From Eledone cirrhosa (lineage: Eukaryota), in the NCBI GenBank assembly GCA_964016885.1, contig OZ024743.1, positions 129,270,001 to 129,334,000 of the forward strand: a stretch of DNA of 64,000 nt, read 5' to 3'. Of the stretch, positions 11,936 through 26,000 are shown piece after piece. Under the pieces are notes generated by a model. The model worked only from the letters and a program-made list of their open reading frames with translations, had not been told where the DNA came from and did no database searches. The translations under genes and the position numbers were made by a program. The first letter of the stretch is position 1; every line of letters starts with the position of its first letter.

Positions 11936-14900
11936 ACCAGGCACCAAACGCCAAGCACCAAGCACCAAACACCAAGCACCAAGCACCAAACACCAAACGC
12001 CAAACACCAAACACCAAGAACCAAGAACCAAACACCAATCACCAAGCACCAAGTACAAACACCAAGCACGAAGCACCAAACACCAAGAACCAAGCACCAA
12101 GCACCAAGTACAAACACCAAGCACCAAGCACCAAACACCAAGCACCTAGCACCAAACACCAAACACCAAGCACCAATCACCAAGCACCAAACACCAAGCA
12201 GCCAGCAGCAAGCACCAAACACCAAGCACCAAGCACCAAAAACCAGACACCAAGCACCAAGCACCAAACACCTAACACCAAGCACCAAGCACCAAATACC
12301 AAGCACCAAACACCAAGCACCAAACACCAAACACCAAGCACCAAGCACCAAGCACCAAGCACCAAACACCAAGCACCAAACACCAAGCACCAAACACCAA
12401 GCACCAAGCACCAAACACCAAGCACCAAGCACCAAACACCAAGCACCAAGCACCAAGCATCAAACACCAAGCACCAAACACCAAACACCAAGCACCAAGC
12501 ACCAAGCATCAAACACCAAGCATATAACACCAAACACCAAGCACCAAGCACCCAGCACCAAACACCAAGCACCAAGCACCAAGCAAAAAGCACCAAACAC
12601 CAAGCACCAAACACCAAACACCAAGCACCTAACACCAAATACCAAGCACCAAGCACCAAACACGTAACACCAAGCACCAAACACCAAGCACCAAACACCA
12701 ACCACCAAACACCAAGCACCAAGCACCAAGCACCAAGCACCAAACACCAAGCACCAAACACCAAGCACCAAACACCTAACACCAAGCACCAAGCACCAAG
12801 TACCAAGCACCAAACACCAAGCACCAAACACCAAACACCAAGCACCAAACACCAAACACCAAGCACCAAGCACCAAACACCTAACACCAACCACCAAACA
12901 CCAACCACCAAACACCAAGCACCAAGGACCAAGCACCAAGCACCAAGCACCAAATACCAAGCACCAAACACCAAGCACCAAGCACCAAGCACCAAGTACA
13001 AACACCAAGCACCAAGCACCAAACACCAAGCACCAAGCATCAAACACCAAACACCAAACACCAAGCACCAAGCACCAAGCATCAAACACCAAGCATATAA
13101 CAAAAAACACCAAGCACCAAGCACCAAACACCAAGAACCAAGCACCAAGCACCAAGTAGAAACACCAATGACCAAGCACCAAACACCAAACACCAAGCAC
13201 CAAACACCAAGCACCAAGCACCAAGCATCAAACACCAAACACCAAGCACCAAGCATCAAACACCAAACACCAAGCACCAAACACCAAGCACAAATCACCA
13301 TGCATCAAACACCAAGCAGCCAGCAGCAAGCACCAAACACCAAACACCAAACACCAAGCACCAAAAACCAAACACCAAACACGAAGCACCAAGCACCAAG
13401 TACCAAGCACCAAACACCAAGCACCAAACACCAAGCACCAAACACCAAGCACCAAACACCAAACACCAAGCACCAAACACCTAACACCAAACACCAAGCA
13501 CCAAACACCAAGCACCAAACACCAAACACCAAGCACCAAGCACCAAACACCTAACACCAAGCACCAAACACCAAGCACTAAGCACCAAGCACCAAGCACC
13601 AAACACCAAGCACCAAACACCAAGCACCAAACACCAAGCACCAAGCACCAAACACCAAGCACCAAGCTACAAACACCAAGAACCAAGCACCAAGCACCAA
13701 GTACAAACACCAAGCACCAAGCACCAAACACCAAGCACCAAGCACCAAGCATCAAACACCAAGCACCAAACACCAAGCACCAAGCACCAAGCATCAAACA
13801 CCAAGCATATAACACCAAACACCAAACACCAGGCACCAAACACCAAGAACCAAGCACCAAGCACCAAGTACAAACACCAAGCACCAAGCACCAAACACCA
13901 AGCACCAAGCACCAAGCATCAAACACCAAGCGCCAAACACCAAGCACCAAGCACCAAGCATCAAACACCAAGCATATAACACCAAACACCAAACACCAAG
14001 CACCAAACACCAAACACCAAGCACCAAGCACCAAACACCTAACACCAAGCACCAAACACCAAGCACCAAACACCAAGCACCAAGCACCAAGCACCAAACA
14101 CCAAGCACCAAACACCAAGCACCAAACACCAAGCACCAAGCACCAAACACCAAGCACGAAGCACCAAACACCAAGAACCAAGCACCAAGCACCAAGTACA
14201 AACACCAAGCACCAAGCACCAAACACCAAGCACCTAGCACCAAACACCAAACACCAAGCACCAATCACCAAGCACCAAACACCAAGCAGCCAGCAGCAAG
14301 CACCAAACACCAAGAACCAAGCACCAAAAACCAGACACCAAGCACCAAGCACCAAACACCTATCACCAAGCACCAAGCACCAAGTACCAAGCACCAAACA
14401 CCAAGCACCAAACACCAAACACCAAGCACCAAGCACCAAGCACCAAGCACCAAACACCAAGCACCAAACACCAAGCACCAAACACCAAGCACCAAGCACC
14501 AAACACCAAGCACCAAGCACCAACCACCAAGCACCAAGCACCAAGCATCAAACACCAAGCACCAAACACCAAACACCAAACACCAAACACCAAGCACCAA
14601 GCACCAAACACCTAACACCAACCACCAAACACCAACCACCAAACACCAAGCACCAAGGACCAAGCACCAAGCACCAAGCACCAAATACCAAGCACCAAAC
14701 ACCAAGCACCAAGCACCAAGCACCAAGTACAAACACCAAGCACCAAGCACCAAACACCAAGCACCAAGCATCAAACACCAAACACCAAACACCAAGCACC
14801 AAGCACCAAGCATCAAACACCAAGCATATAACACCAAACACCAAGCACCAAGCACCAAACACCAAGAACCAAGCACCAAGCACCAAGTAGAAACACCAAT

Positions 14901-17900
14901 GACCAAGCACCAAACACCAAACACCAAGCACCAAACACCAAGCACCATGCACCAAGCATCAAACACCAAACACCAAGCACCAAGCACCAAACACCAAGCA
15001 CAAATCACCATGCATCAAACACCAAGCAGCCAGCAGCAAGCACCAAACACCAAACACCAAACACCAAGCACCAAAAACCAAACACCAAGCACCAAGCACC
15101 AAACACCAAGCACCAAACACCAAACACCAAGCACCAAGCACCAAGCACCAAACACAAAGCACCAAACACCAAGCACCAAGCACCAAACACCAAGCACCCA
15201 GCACCAAAAACCAAGCACCCAGCACCAAACACCAAGCACCAAACACCAACCACCAAGCACCAAGCACCAAACACCTAACACCAAGCACCAAGCACCAACC
15301 ACCAAACACCAAGCACCAAGCACCAAGCACCAAGCACCAAACACCAAGCACCAAACACCAAGCACCAAACACCAAGCACCAAGCACCAAGCACCAAACAC
15401 CAAGCACCAAGCACCAATCATCAAACACCAAACACCAAGCACCAAACACCAAGCACCAATCACCATGCATCAAACACCAAGCAGCCAGCAGCAAGCACCA
15501 AACACCAAACACCAAGCACCAAGCACCAAAAACCAAACACCAAGCACCAAGCACCAAACACCAAGCACCAAGCACCAAACACCAAGCACCAAGCACCAAA
15601 CACCAAGCACCAAAGACCAAGCACCAAGCACCAAATACCAAGCACCCAGCACCAAACACCAAGCACCCAGCACCAAACACCAAGCACCAAACACCAACCA
15701 CCCAGCACCAAGCACCAAACACCAAGCACCAAGCACCAAACACAAAACACCAAGCACCAAGCACCAAGCACCAAACACCAAACACCAAACACCAAGCACC
15801 AAACACCAAACACCAAGCACCAGACACCAAGCACCAAACACCAAACACCAAACACCAAGCACCAAACACCAAACACCAAGCACCAGACACCAAGCACCAA
15901 ACACCAAACACCAAACACCAAGCACCAAGCACCAAACACCAAACACCAAACACCAAGCACCAAACACCAAACACCAAGCACCAAAAACCAAACACCAAGC
16001 ACCAGACACCAAGCACCAAACACCAAACACCAAGCACCAAACACCAAACACCAAGCACCAAGCACCAAACACCAAACACCAAGCACCAAGCACCAAACAG
16101 CAAGCACCAAAGACCAAACACCAAACAGCAAACACCAAACACCATACAGCAAACAATAAACACCAAAAAGCAGACACCAAACAGCAAACACCAAAAAGCA
16201 GACACCAAACAGCAAACACCAAACACGAAACACCAAACACCAAACAGCAAACACCAAACACCAAGCACCAAACACCAAGGACCAAGCACCAAACACCTAA
16301 CACCAAGCACCAAGCACCAAGCACCAAACACCAAGCACCAAACACCAAACATCAAGCACCAAGCACCAAGTACCAAACACCAAGAACCAAGAACCAAACA
16401 CCAAGCACCAAGCACCAAGTACAAACATCCAGTACCAAGCACCAAGCACCAAGCACCAAGAACCAAGCACCAAACACAAAACACCAAGCACCAAGCACCA
16501 AGCATCAAACACCAAGCAGCAAACACCAAACACCAAGCACCAAGCACCAAACACAAAGCACCCAGCACCAAACACCAAGGACCAAGCACCAAGCACCAAA
16601 AACCAAACACCAAACACAAAACACAAAGCACCAAGCACCAAACACCAAACTCCAAGCACCAAGCACCAAGCACCAAACACCAAACACCAAGCACCAAGCA
16701 CCAGGCACCAAACACCAAGCACCAAGCACCAAACACCAAGCACCAAGCACCAAACACCAAACGCCAAACACCAAACACCAAGAACCAAGAACCAAACACC
16801 AATCACCAAGCACCAAGTACAAACACCAAGCACCAAGCACCAAGCACCAAACACCAAGCACCAAGCACCAAGCGCAAAACACCAAGCACCAAGCACCAAG
16901 CATCAAACACCAAGCAGCAAACACCAAACACCAAGCACCAAGCACCAAGCGCCAAGCACCAAACACAATGCACCCAGCACCAAACACCAAGGACCAAGCA
17001 CCAAGCACCAAGCACCAAAAACCAAACACGAAACACGAAACACCAAGCACCAAGCACCAAACACCAAACTCCAAGCACCAAGCACCAAACACCAAACACC
17101 AAGCACCATGCACCAAGCACCAGGCACTAAACACCAAGCACCAAGCACCAGACACCAAGCACCAAGCACCAAACACCAAACACCAAACACCAAACAGCAA
17201 ACAACATACATCAAACACCAAACACCAAAAAGCAAATACCAAACACCAAACAGCAAACACCAAACAACAAACACCAAACAACAAACACCAAACAGCAAAC
17301 AGCAAACACCAAACACCAAGCACCAAGCACCAAACACCAAACACCAAACACCAAGCACCAGGCACCAAACACCAAGCACCAAGCACCAAACACCAAGCAC
17401 CTATCACCAAACACCAAGCACCAAACACCAAGCACCAAACACCAAACACCAAGCACCAAACACCAAGCACCAATCACCAAGCACCAAACACCAAGCAGCC
17501 AGCAACAAGCACCAAACACCAAGCACCAAGCACCAAAAACCAGACACCAAGCACCAAGCACCAAACACCTAACACCAAGCACCAAGCACCAACCACCAAA
17601 CACCAAGCACCAAGCACCAAACACCAAGCACCAAACACCAAGCACCAAGCACCAAACACCAAGCACCAAGCACCAAATACCAAGCACCAAGCACCAAGCA
17701 TCAAACACCAAGCACCAAACACCAAACACCAAGCACCAAGCACCAAGCATCAAACACCAAGCATATAACACCAAACACCAAGCACCAAGCACCCAGCACC
17801 AAACACCAAGCACCAAGCAACAAGCAAAAAGCACCAAACACCAAGCACCAAACACCAAACACCAAGCAGCAAACACCAAACACCAAGCACCAAACACCAA

Positions 17901-17960
17901 GCACCAAACACCAACCACCAAACACCAAGCACCAAGCACCAAGCACCAAGCACCAAACAC
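11936..17960. repeat. Higher-order duplication, copy 2 of 1-6025
   Basis: Colinear with 1-6025 at a constant offset with only scattered substitutions (e.g. T at 788, T at 2013 and G at 4838 are consensus in this copy). Confidence 0.95.
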
Positions 17961-20900
17961 CAAGCACCAAACACCAAGCACCAAACACCTAACACCAAGC
18001 ACCAAGCACCAAGTACCAAGCACCAAACACCAAGCACCAAACACCAAACACCAAGCACCAAACACCAAACACCAAGCACCAAGCACCAAACACCTAACAC
18101 CAAGCACCAAACACCAACCACCAAACACCAAGCACCAAGGACCAAGCACCAAGCACCAAGCACCAAGCACCAAACACCAAGCACCAAGCACCAAGCACCA
18201 AGCACCAAACACCAAGCACCCAGCACCAAACACCAAGCACCCAGCACCAAACACCAAGCACCAAACACCAACCACCCAGCACCAAGCACCAAACACCAAG
18301 CACCAAGCACCAAACACCAAGCACCCAGCACCAAACACCAAGCACCCAGCACCAAACACCAAGCACCAAACACCAACCACCCAGCACCAAGCACCAAACA
18401 CCAAGCACCAAGCACCAAACACAAAACACCAAGCACCAAGCACCAAGCACCAAACACCAAGCACCAAGCACCAAGCACCAAACACAAAACACCAAGCACC
18501 AAGCACCAAGCATCAAACACCAAGCAGCAAACACCAAACACCAAGCACCAAGCACCAAGCACCAAGCACCAAACACAATGCACCCAGCACCAAACACCAA
18601 GGACCAAGCACCAAGCACCAAGCACCAAACACGAAACACGAAACACCAAGCACCAAGCACCAAACACCAAACTCCAAGCACCAAGCACCAAACACCAAAC
18701 ACCAAGCACCAGGCACCAAACACCAAGCGCCAAGCACCAAACACAATGCACCCAGCACCAAACACCAAGGACCAAGCACCAAGCACCAAGCACCAAAAAC
18801 CAAACACGAAACACGAAACACCAAGCACCAAGCACCAAACACCAAACTCCAAGCACCAAGCACCAAACACCAAACACCAAGCACCATGCACCAAGCACCA
18901 GGCACTAAACACCAAGCACCAAGCACCAAACACCAAGCACCAAGCACCAAACACCAAACACCAAACACCAAACAGCAAACAACATACATCAAACACCAAA
19001 CACCAAAAAGCAAATACCAAACACCAAACAGCAAACACCAAACAACAAACACCAAACAACAAACACCAAACAGCAAACAGCAAACACCAAACACCAAGCA
19101 CCAAGCACCAAACACCAAACACCAAACACCAAGCACCAGGCACCAAACACCAAGCACCAAGCACCAAACACCAAGCACCTAGCACCAAACACCAAGCACC
19201 AAACACCAAGCACCAAACACCAAACACCAAGCACCAAACACCAAGCACCAATCACCAAGCACCAAACACCAAGCAGCCAGCAACAAGCACCAAACAACAA
19301 GCACCAAGCACCAAAAACCAGACACCAAGCACCAAGCACCAAACACCTAACACCAAGCACCAAGCACCAACCACCAAACACCAAGCACCAAGCACCAAAC
19401 ACCAAGCACCAAACACCAAGCACCAAGCACCAAACACCAAGCACCAAGCACCAAACACCAAGCACCAAGCACCAAGCATCAAACACCAAGCACCAAACAC
19501 CAAACACCAAGCACCAAGCACCAAGCATCAAACACCAAGCATATAACACCAAACACCAAGCACCAAGCACCCAGCACCAAACACCAAGCACCAAGAACCA
19601 AGCAAAAAGCACCAAACACCAAGCACCAAACACCAAACACCAAGCACCAAACACCAAACACCAAGCACCAAACACCAAGCACCAAACACCAACCACCAAA
19701 CACCAAGCACCAAGCACCAAGCACCAAGCACCAAACACCAAGCACCAAACACCAAGCACCAAACACCTAACACCAAGCACCAAGCACCAAGTACCAAGCA
19801 CCAAACACCAAACACCAAGCACCAAACACCAAACACCAAGCACCAAGCACCAAACACCTAACACCAAGCACCAAACACCAACCACCAAACACCAAGCACC
19901 AAGGACCAAGCACCAAGCACCAAGCACCAAGCACCAAACACCAAGCACCAAGCACCAAGCACCAAGTACAAACACCAAGCACCAAGCACCAAACACCAAG
20001 CACCAAGCATCAAACACCAAACACCAAACACCAAGCACCAAGCACCAAGCATCAAACACCAAGCATATAACACCAAACACCAAGCACCAAGCACCAAACA
20101 CCAAGAACCAAGTACCAAGCACCAAGTACAAACACCAATCACCAAGCACCAAACACCAAACACCAAGCACCAAACACCAAGCACCAATCACCAAGCACCA
20201 AACACCAAGCAGCCAGCAGCAAGCACCAAACACCAAACACCAAGCACCAAGCACCAAAAACCAGACACCAAGAACCAAGCACCAAACACCTAACACCAAG
20301 CACCAAGCACCAAGTACCAAGCACCAAACACCAAGCACCAAACACCAAACACCAAGCACCAAACACCAAACACCAAGCACCAAGCACCAAACACCTAACA
20401 CCAAGCACCAAGCACCAACCACCAAACACCAAGCACCAAGCACCAAGCACCAAGCACCAAACACCAAGCACCAAACACCAAGCACCAAACACCAAGCACC
20501 AAGCACCAAACACCAAGCACCAAGCACCAAACACCAAGCACCAAGCACCAAGCATCAAACACCAAACACCAAGCACCAAACACCAAGCACCAATCACCAT
20601 GCATCAAACACCAAGCAGCCAGCAGCAAGCACCAAACACCAAACACCAAGCACCAAGCACCAAAAACCAAACCCCAAGCACCAAGCACCAAACACCAAGC
20701 ACCAAGCACCAAACACCAAGCACCAAGCACCAAGCACCAAACACCAAGCACCAAAGACCAAGCACCAAGCACCAAACACCAAGCACCCAGCACCAAACAC
20801 CAAGCACCCAGCACCAAACACCAAGCACCAAACACCAACCACCCAGCACCAAGCACCAAACACCAAGCACCAAGCACCAAACACCAAGCACCCAGCACCA

Positions 20901-23900
20901 AACACCAAGCACCCAGCACCAAACACCAAGCACCAAACACCAACCACCCAGCACCAAGCACCAAACACCAAGCACCAAGCACCAAACACAAAACACCAAG
21001 CACCAAGCACCAAGCACCAAACACCAAGCACCAAGCACCAAGCACCAAACACAAAACACCAAGCACCAAGCACCAAGCATCAAACACCAAGCAGCAAACA
21101 CCAAACACCAAGCACCAAGCACCAAGCACCAAGCACCAAACACAATGCACCCAGCACCAAACACCAAGGACCAAGCACCAAGCACCAAGCACCAAACACG
21201 AAACACGAAACACCAAGCACCAAGCACCAAACACCAAACTCCAAGCACCAAGCACCAAACACCAAACACCAAGCACCAGGCACCAAACACCAAGCACCAA
21301 GCACCAAACACCAAGCACCAAGCACCAAGCGCCAAGCACCAAACACAATGCACCCAGCACCAAACACCAAGGACCAAGCACCAAGCACCAAGCACCAAAA
21401 ACCAAACACGAAACACGAAACACCAAGCACCAAGCACCAAACACCAAACTCCAAGCACCAAGCACCAAACACCAAACACCAAGCACCATGCACCAAGCAC
21501 CAGGCACTAAACACCAAGCACCAAGCACCAAACACCAAGCACCAAGCACCAAACACCAAACACCAAACACCAAACAGCAAACAACATACATCAAACACCA
21601 AACACCAAAAAGCAAATACCAAACACCAAACAGCAAACACCAAACAACAAACACCAAACAACAAACACCAAACAGCAAACAGCAAACACCAAACACCAAG
21701 CACCAAGCCCCAAACACCAAACACCAAACACCAAGCACCAGGCACCAAACACCAAGCACCAAGCACCAAACACCAAGCACCTAGCACCAAACACCAAGCA
21801 CCAAACACCAAGCACCAAACACCAAACACCAAGCACCAAACACCAAGCACCAATCACCAAGCACCAAACACCAAGCAGCCAGCAACAAGCACCAAACACC
21901 AAGCACCAAGCACCAAAAACCAGACACCAAGCACCAAGCACCAAACACCTAACACCAAGCACCAAGCACCAACCACCAAACACCAAGCACCAAGCACCAA
22001 ACACCAAGCACCAAACACCAAGCACCAAGCACCAAACACCAAGCACCAAGCACCAAACACCAAGCACCAAGCACCAAGCATCAAACACCAAGCACCAAAC
22101 ACCAAACACCAAGCACCAAGCACCAAGCATCAAACACCAAGCATATAACACCAAACACCAAGCACCAAGCACCCAGCACCAAACACCAAGCACCAAGCAC
22201 CAAGCAAAAAGCACCAAACACCAAGCACCAAACACCAAACACCAAGCACCAAACACCAAACACCAAGCACCAAACACCAAGCACCAAACACCAACCACCA
22301 AACACCAAGCACCAAGCACCAAGCACCAAGCACCAAACACCAAGCACCAAACACCAAGCACCAAACACCTAACACCAAGCACCAAGCACCAAGTACCAAG
22401 CACCAAACACCAAGCACCAAACACCAAACACCAAGCACCAAACACCAAGCACCAAGCACCAAGCACCAAACACCTAACACCAAGCACCAAACACCAACCA
22501 CCAAACACCAAGCACCAAGGACCAAGCACCAAGCACCAAGCACCAAGCACCAAACACCAAGCACCAAGCACCAAGCACCAAGTACAAACACCAAGCACCA
22601 AGCACCAAACACCAAGCACCAAGCATCAAACACCAAACACCAAACACCAAGCACCAAGCACCAAGCATCAAACACCAAGCATATAACACCAAACACCAAG
22701 CACCAAGCACCAAACACCAAGAACCAAGTACCAAGCACCAAGTACAAACACCAATCACCAAGCACCAAACACCAAACACCAAGCACCAAACACCAAGCAC
22801 CAATCACCAAGCACCAAACACCAAGCAGCCAGCAGCAAGCACCAAACACCAAACACCAAGCACCAAGCACCAAAAACCAGACACCAAGCACCAAGCACCA
22901 AACACCTAACACCAAGCACCAAGCACCAAGTACCAAGCACCAAACACCAAGCACCAAACACCAAACACCAAGCACCAAACACCAAACACCAAGCACCAAG
23001 CACCAAACACCTAACACCAAGCACCAAGCACCAACCACCAAACACCAAGCACCAAGCACCAAGCACCAAGCACCAAACACCAAGCACCAAACACCAAGCA
23101 CCAAACACCAAGCACCAAGCACCAAACACCAAGCACCAAGCACCAAACACAAAGCACCAAGCACCAAGCATCAAACACCAAACACCAAGCACCAAACACC
23201 AAGCACCAATCACCATGCATCAACCACCAAGCAGCCAGCAGCAAGCACCAAACACCAAACACCAAGCACCAAGCACCAAAAACCAAACCCCAAGCACCAA
23301 GCACCAAACACCAAGCACCAAGCACCAAACACCAAGCACCAAGCACCAAGCACCAAACACCAAGCACCAAAGACCAAGCACCAAGCACCAAACACCAAGC
23401 ACCCAGCACCAAACACCAAGCACCCAGCACCAAACACCAAACACCAAACACCAACCACCCAGCACCAAGCACCAAACACCAAGCACCAAGCACCAAACAC
23501 CAAGCACCCAGCACCAAACACCAAGCACCCAGCACCAAACACCAAGCACCAAACACCAACCACCCAGCACCAAGCACCAAGCACCAAGCACCAAACACAA
23601 AACACCAAGCACCAAGCACCAAGCACCAAACACCAAGCACCAAGCACCAAGCACCAAACACAAAACACCAAGCACCAAGCACCAAGCATCAAACACCAAG
23701 CAGCAAACACCAAACACCAAGCACCAAGCACCAAGCACCAAGCACCAAACACAATGCACCCAGCACCAAACACCAAGGACCAAGCACCAAGCACCAAGCA
23801 CCAAACACGAAACACGAAACACCAAGCACCAAGCACCAAACACCAAACTCCAAGCACCAAGCACCAAACACCAAACACCAAGCACCAGGCACCAAACACC

Positions 23901-26000
23901 AAGCACCAAGCACCAAACACCAAGCACCAAGCACCAAACACCAAACACCAAACACCAAACAGCAAACAACATACATCAAACACCAAACACCAAAAAGCAA
24001 ACACCAAACACCAAACAGCAAACACCAAACAACAAACACCAAACAACAAACACCAAACAGCAAACAGCAAACACCAAACACCAAGCACCAAGCACCAAAC
24101 ACCAAACACCAAACACCAAGCACCAGGCACCAAACACCAAGCACGAAGCACCAAACACCAAGCACCTAGCACCAAACACCAAGCACCAAACACCAAGTAC
24201 AAACACCAAGCACCAAACACCAAACACCAAGCACCAAACACCAAGCACCAATCACCAAGCACCAAACACCAAGCAGCCAGCAACAAGCACCAAACACCAA
24301 GCACCAAGCACCAAAAACCAGACACCAAGCACCAAGCACCAAACACCTAACACCAAGCACCAAGCACCAACCACCAAACACCAAGCCCCAAGCACCAAGC
24401 ACCAAGCACCAAACACCAAGCACCAAACACCAAGCACCAAACACCAAGCACCAAGCACCAAACACCAAGCACCAAGCACCAAACACCAAGCACCAAGCAC
24501 CAAGCATCAAACACCAAGCACCAAACACCAAACACCAAGCACCAAGCACCAAGCATCAAACACCAAGCATATAACACCAAACACCAAGCACCAAGCACCC
24601 AGCACCAAACACCAAGCACCAAGCACCAAGCAAAAAGCACCAAACACCAAGCACCAAACACCAAACACCAAGCACCAAACACCAAACACCAAGCACCAAT
24701 CACCAAGCACCTAACACCAAGCACCAAACACCAAGCACCAAACACCAACCACCAAACACCAAGCACCAAGCACCAAGCACCAAGCACCAAACACCAAGCA
24801 CCAAACACCAAGCACCAAACACCTAACACCAAGCACCAAGCACCAAGTACCAAGCACCAAATACCAAGCACCAAACACCAAACACCAAGCACCAAACACC
24901 AAACACCAAGCACCAAGCACCAAGCACCTAACACCAAGCACCAAACACCAACCACCAAACACCAAGCACCAAGGACCAAGCACCAAGCACCAAGCACCAA
25001 ACACGAAGCACCAAGCACCAAGCACCAAGTACAAACACCAAGCACCAAGCACCAAACACCAAGCACCAAGCATCAAACACCAAACACCAAACACCAAGCA
25101 CCAAGCACCAAGCACCAAGCATCAAACACCAAGCATATAACACCAAACACCAAGCACCAAGCACCAAACACCAAGAACCAAGCACCAAGCACCAAGTACA
25201 AACACCAATCACCAAGCACCAAACACCAAACACCAAACACCAAACACCAAGCACCAATCACCAAGCACCAAACACCAAGCAGCCAGCAGCAAGCACCAAA
25301 CACCAAACACCAAGCACCAAGCACCAAAAACCAGACACCAAGCACCAAGCACCAAACACCTAACACCAAGCACCAAGCACCAAGTACCAAGCACCAAACA
25401 CCAAGCACCAAACACCAAACACCAAGCACCAAACACCAAACACCAAGCACCAAGCACCAAACACCTAACACCAAGCACCAAGCACCAACCACCAAACACC
25501 AAGCACCAAGCACCAAGCACCAAGCACCAAACACCAAGCACCAAACACCAAGCACCAAGCACCAAACACCAAGCACCAAGCACCAAACACCAAGCACCAA
25601 GCACCAAGCATCAAACACCAAACACCAAGCACCAAACACCAAGCACCAATCACCATGCATCAAACACCAAGCAGCCAGCAGCAAGCACCAAACACCAAAC
25701 ACCAAGCACCAAGCACCAAAAACCAAACACCAAGCACCAAGCACCAAACACCAAGCACCAACCACCAAACGCCAAGCACCAAGCACCAAGCACCAAACAC
25801 CAAGCACCAAAGACCAAGCACCAAGCACCAAACACCAAGCACCCAGCACCAAACACCAAGCACCCAGCACCAAACACCAAGCACCAAACACCAACCACCC
25901 AGCACCAAGCACCAAACACCAAGCACCAAACACCAAACACCAAGCACCAAGCACCAAGCACCAAACACCAAACACCAAACACCAAGCACCAAACACCAAA
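16900..26000. repeat. Tandem run of ~4 related higher-order units with periods of 1.8-2.6 kb
   Basis: ORF offsets 17474/19252/21854 (1778, 2602), 19858/22474/24928 (2616, 2454) and ATGCAT at 20599/23215/25655 (2616, 2440). Boundaries approximate. Confidence 0.85.
18217..18426. repeat. 105-bp (15-unit) local tandem duplication of the CACCCAG-rich motif
   Basis: CACCCAG..CACCCAG..CACCAAC CACCCAG starts at 18217 and again at 18322. The doubled form also occurs near 20784, 23400, 59613 and 62114. Confidence 0.85.
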
